From the NCBI GenBank assembly GCA_965178125.1, contig OZ237762.1:558001-622000 (forward strand): a stretch of DNA of 64,000 bases. The letters are read 5' to 3'. The notes under the pieces were generated by a model that saw only the letters and a program-made list of their open reading frames with translations, ran no database searches and had not been told where the DNA came from. Below are positions 61,201-64,000 of the stretch, one piece after another. The translations under genes were made by a program, and so were the position numbers. Each line of letters begins with the position of its first letter. Position 1 is the stretch's first letter. Origin of the DNA: Bilabrum cf. latius. Lineage: Eukaryota.

Positions 61201-64000
61201 ACCCGGTACATGAGTACCGTCTTGCGGTCGCTGAGAACCTCGGCTTCGATCCACACTGCCTGGTGCTGACTTGTGTCAGCGTGGCGCATGTTACCACCGA
61301 GGAGGAGGATAGTGCCGAGCACAGGACTCTGCACAGTACCGTTACTTGCTTCCTCTGATCCGCGATCGTCCTCTTTGCCTTTCGCGCCCAGGGCCTGTCT
61401 CGCCACCATGGCCATGTACTAGTACTGCCGAAGCCTTGCCTGCCCATCGGCCGTGTCCTCAGATGGGTCGCCTGGTCCACGACTGGCCATGATGGCATCG
61501 TCGATCGCAGAGTCACCGGCAGTCTTGCCCAGTGCACCACCGTCCTCCATTGCTGCAGCCAACTTGTCACTGACCCAGATCTTGGAAGCCTTCAGGTCAA
61601 CACCGCCGGGCAGGGGCAGGTGACTAGACTCGCCAAAGATCTCGCCCAGCCACCCAGCGTCCTCCTTCACGTACTCCTGCTTGTATCGCTGCCCACGGAA
61701 GTACACGACGCCTTCCCGCAGCACCGGCTGGCCCCAGTAGAACACGTCAGCCGATGCCTCCCCCTGGTCCTCAAGAGGGTTGCTCGTGTCCACAGGCACA
61801 TCGCCGATGGGCAGCGGGGGATCCACACCAGGGGTCCAGCCCTCGCCCTCCCGTGCAATGTGAGTAGAGGGCACGAGCTCAAGGATAGACTCGTTCCTGA
61901 AATCCTCGTTAACGATCCCTGCGGCTGTGTTCGAGTTCTGCAGCACAGGCCTGGGCACCTCTACTGGAGGCCTGAGGGCCGCCCCTGACAGGATGGCTCC
62001 CTTGGGCGGTGGCAGCGCTTGCGGCTTCATCTTGTATCCCGCCGTCCATGCGGAAATCGTCATCCTGTGCACCTGGTGCCGGATTTCGTACCTAGTCCGG
62101 TACTGGGACGTGTCGATCAATGCACACAGGGGCGTGTCGCTGCCGAAAATGCTCTAGAAGCGGGTGTGGGTAGACACCGAGCTGGGCATGGGGAACATGG
62201 ACCTGCCCTGGACATACACCTCTGCTGTTTGCACGTTGAGCTCCATGCCTGACTTGCTGTCGCGGTAGAACCCTGCCGCCTCGCTTTCCTCTGCCTGCTG
62301 CTCAAGGTTGCGCTTGCGGGCTTCGTCCATCTCGCGCATGTCGTCCAAGTTCGCCCCCAGCCACTTGCGGGCAGCGTCCTCGTCGTTGTTGCACTTGGCC
62401 AGGGCGCGCTTGCACCACCTCAGCTGTGCCTTGGGCTTGCCGTCTTCTCCGGTGCCGAACGACTCAACCAGGACATTCGCAGTCTGCTCGGAGACTTCGG
62501 CAGTCACCGTGCACTTGTATCCCCAGCGCTGTTGTGCGTTGATCTTGGTTACACGCAGCTGGTTGCGAGACCTGATTTCCGTCACAACGACCAAATGGTC
62601 TGCCGGAATTACAAGAGGAGGGCTCCCGTTCATCCCGGGGAAATTCATTTCGCTTCCCCCAACGCCGTTGTATCCCTTACTGGAGCCCCATGTCTCATCC
62701 AAGGTCTCATCCTTGTAGAACTTGATGAAATCATTCCAAGTGAGTGCTGAGCGGGAGTCGAACGAGATCGTGATGCTCTTTGCCCCCGGAAACCGAATCG
62801 TTTCACATGAGGACGTGTTAAGCGCCACGGGGTGCTGCGACTCTAGCGTCCGTTCGCACACCATATCATCCTTCTGTGCGGGCCTCCACTTGCCAATGGC
62901 CGTGGAATCCTGCCGCAGTGCAATGGCGGCGATAGAGGACAAGCAGGCCAGGCGCTCTGTCAACGGGGCCAGAGAGATGGCACGCATGGCGCTTTGCCTA
63001 GCGCGGAGCATCGCACTGAACACATCCTGCCCCGGAACTCGCAGTGTCTTTCCGTCGGACGTGTGCGCGTTCTCACTGGCTCCGCTGTGGCGCCACATTC
63101 TACCTCTGCGGCGCCCAAAACGGTCCTTGGGCACATCGCTCTGCGACAGCCATGACCGGACCAAAGCAGCCGAGCCCATGATGACTTTTGCATCCTCTAG
63201 GGTCATGTGCCCATCGCTGCTACTAACTCCGGCAGCAGCCTCGATCGCCAGCATGAGGTGGGCATGAAGCCGCAGCAGCGTCTCAATCTTGAGCCGCTCT
63301 TTCTCAGCCTTCTTGTTGTCTTCGTCATTGTTGTTGTTCTGCTTGTTCTCCTCTTCTTCTTCATCTTCCTCCTCCGCAACAGCCTTCTTCTTCTCTAGCT
63401 GTGCGAGCATCCCCTGTAGCTTTGCTCTCGCGGTGCCCTGCAGAAAGAGAGCCGCACGCTCCATGGCCCTCTTGCCAGCTTGCTGCGCGAGGGTCGATGT
63501 GAATGCACTGCACTGGTCCACATCTTTGAGGAACGAAAGCACCTTGCTGATGGCACCTGTCAGGAACAGGAACGTGGAGCTGAACCCACCAGTGGGTTGG
63601 TCCGTGCACATCCGCACTACCTCGTGCGCCATGGCCAGCAGCGGGTCAACCACCCCGCCAGGAGCCACCCTCAGCTCGTTCACCAGGAAGCTCTGCCTCG
63701 CGCCCAGCACATCACGCTCAACCGGGCCCTGCAGAGGAACACGCTCGATCAGCTCCAGCGAGGGAAGCTCCGGTTCATCTTCCGCCTTTTTCTTCTCAGC
63801 ATCGGCGCCACTTCCACCCTTGATCGTGGTCATCTTCGTCACGACAAGAGATCCGTCTTCTGCTTCCACGATATCGATGTCACCGTCCTCGTCATCATCA
63901 GCGTCACCCTCCTGAGGCCCTGCCTCTGCCTCTGCCTTCCTCTTTGCCTTCTCCTCGCGCCTCTGTCTGGCCGACACGTCTGCATCCACGGCATGGGCGA
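29005..64000. repeat. Large imperfect inverted duplication (arms ~29005-46132 and ~46638-64000+, spacer ~500 bp)
   Basis: The window end (...ccacggcatgggcga) is the reverse complement of about 29004-29018. Long blocks are near-identical at nucleotide level in mirror order. Confidence 0.95.
46554..64000 (-). CDS. Giant DUF3638/DUF3645 protein, copy B (paralog of copy A; 5' part beyond the window edge)
   Basis: Minus-strand ORFs from 62154-63989 down to 46671-48854 are all in one frame, joined by TAG and ending at TGA 46554-46556. Colinear with copy A from about 29005 onward, with the same motifs. Confidence 0.88.

Noticed and set aside
25447-64000. Giant genes as pseudogenes, or RIP-like C-to-T damage producing TAG
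   Set aside because: Decay or RIP would also produce TAA, TGA and frameshifts. I found none over 20 kb and 17 kb, and non-duplicated genes in the window show the same TAG-only pattern.
1476-64000. Ciliate-type code (TAA and TAG both Gln), or pyrrolysine/amber recoding in a prokaryote or phage
   Set aside because: TAA was never seen in frame and it ends three genes. Spliceosomal introns and eukaryotic gene content exclude a prokaryote, and TAG swaps with CAG between paralogs.

Overview
GC-rich eukaryotic (protist-like) nuclear DNA with short GT-AG introns and a non-standard genetic code. TAG is read as a sense codon, most likely Gln, while TAA and TGA remain stops. Reading through TAG collapses the fragmented ORF track into a few genes: a PH-kinase-CBS protein (-), a Venus-flytrap/Na+/H+ exchanger fusion (+), a membrane-anchored ankyrin protein (-), two UBE2L3-like E2 paralogs (-) that bracket a small secreted-protein gene and a transposon-rich block, and a betaine-lipid synthase BTA1 (+). 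The transposon block includes a hAT-type element carrying a captured, intron-containing acyl-CoA dehydrogenase fragment. The last 38 kb is a tail-to-tail pair of giant paralogs; copy A is about 6,900 aa and copy B runs off the window edge. They carry a UBA-like domain, a DUF3638/DUF3645 helicase-like NTPase, EF-hands and three SPRY-like domains, and copy A also has a putative N-terminal Cys-protease. The two copies are a mosaic of near-identical and strongly divergent blocks. All domain calls come from motifs recognised by eye; no database searches were run.
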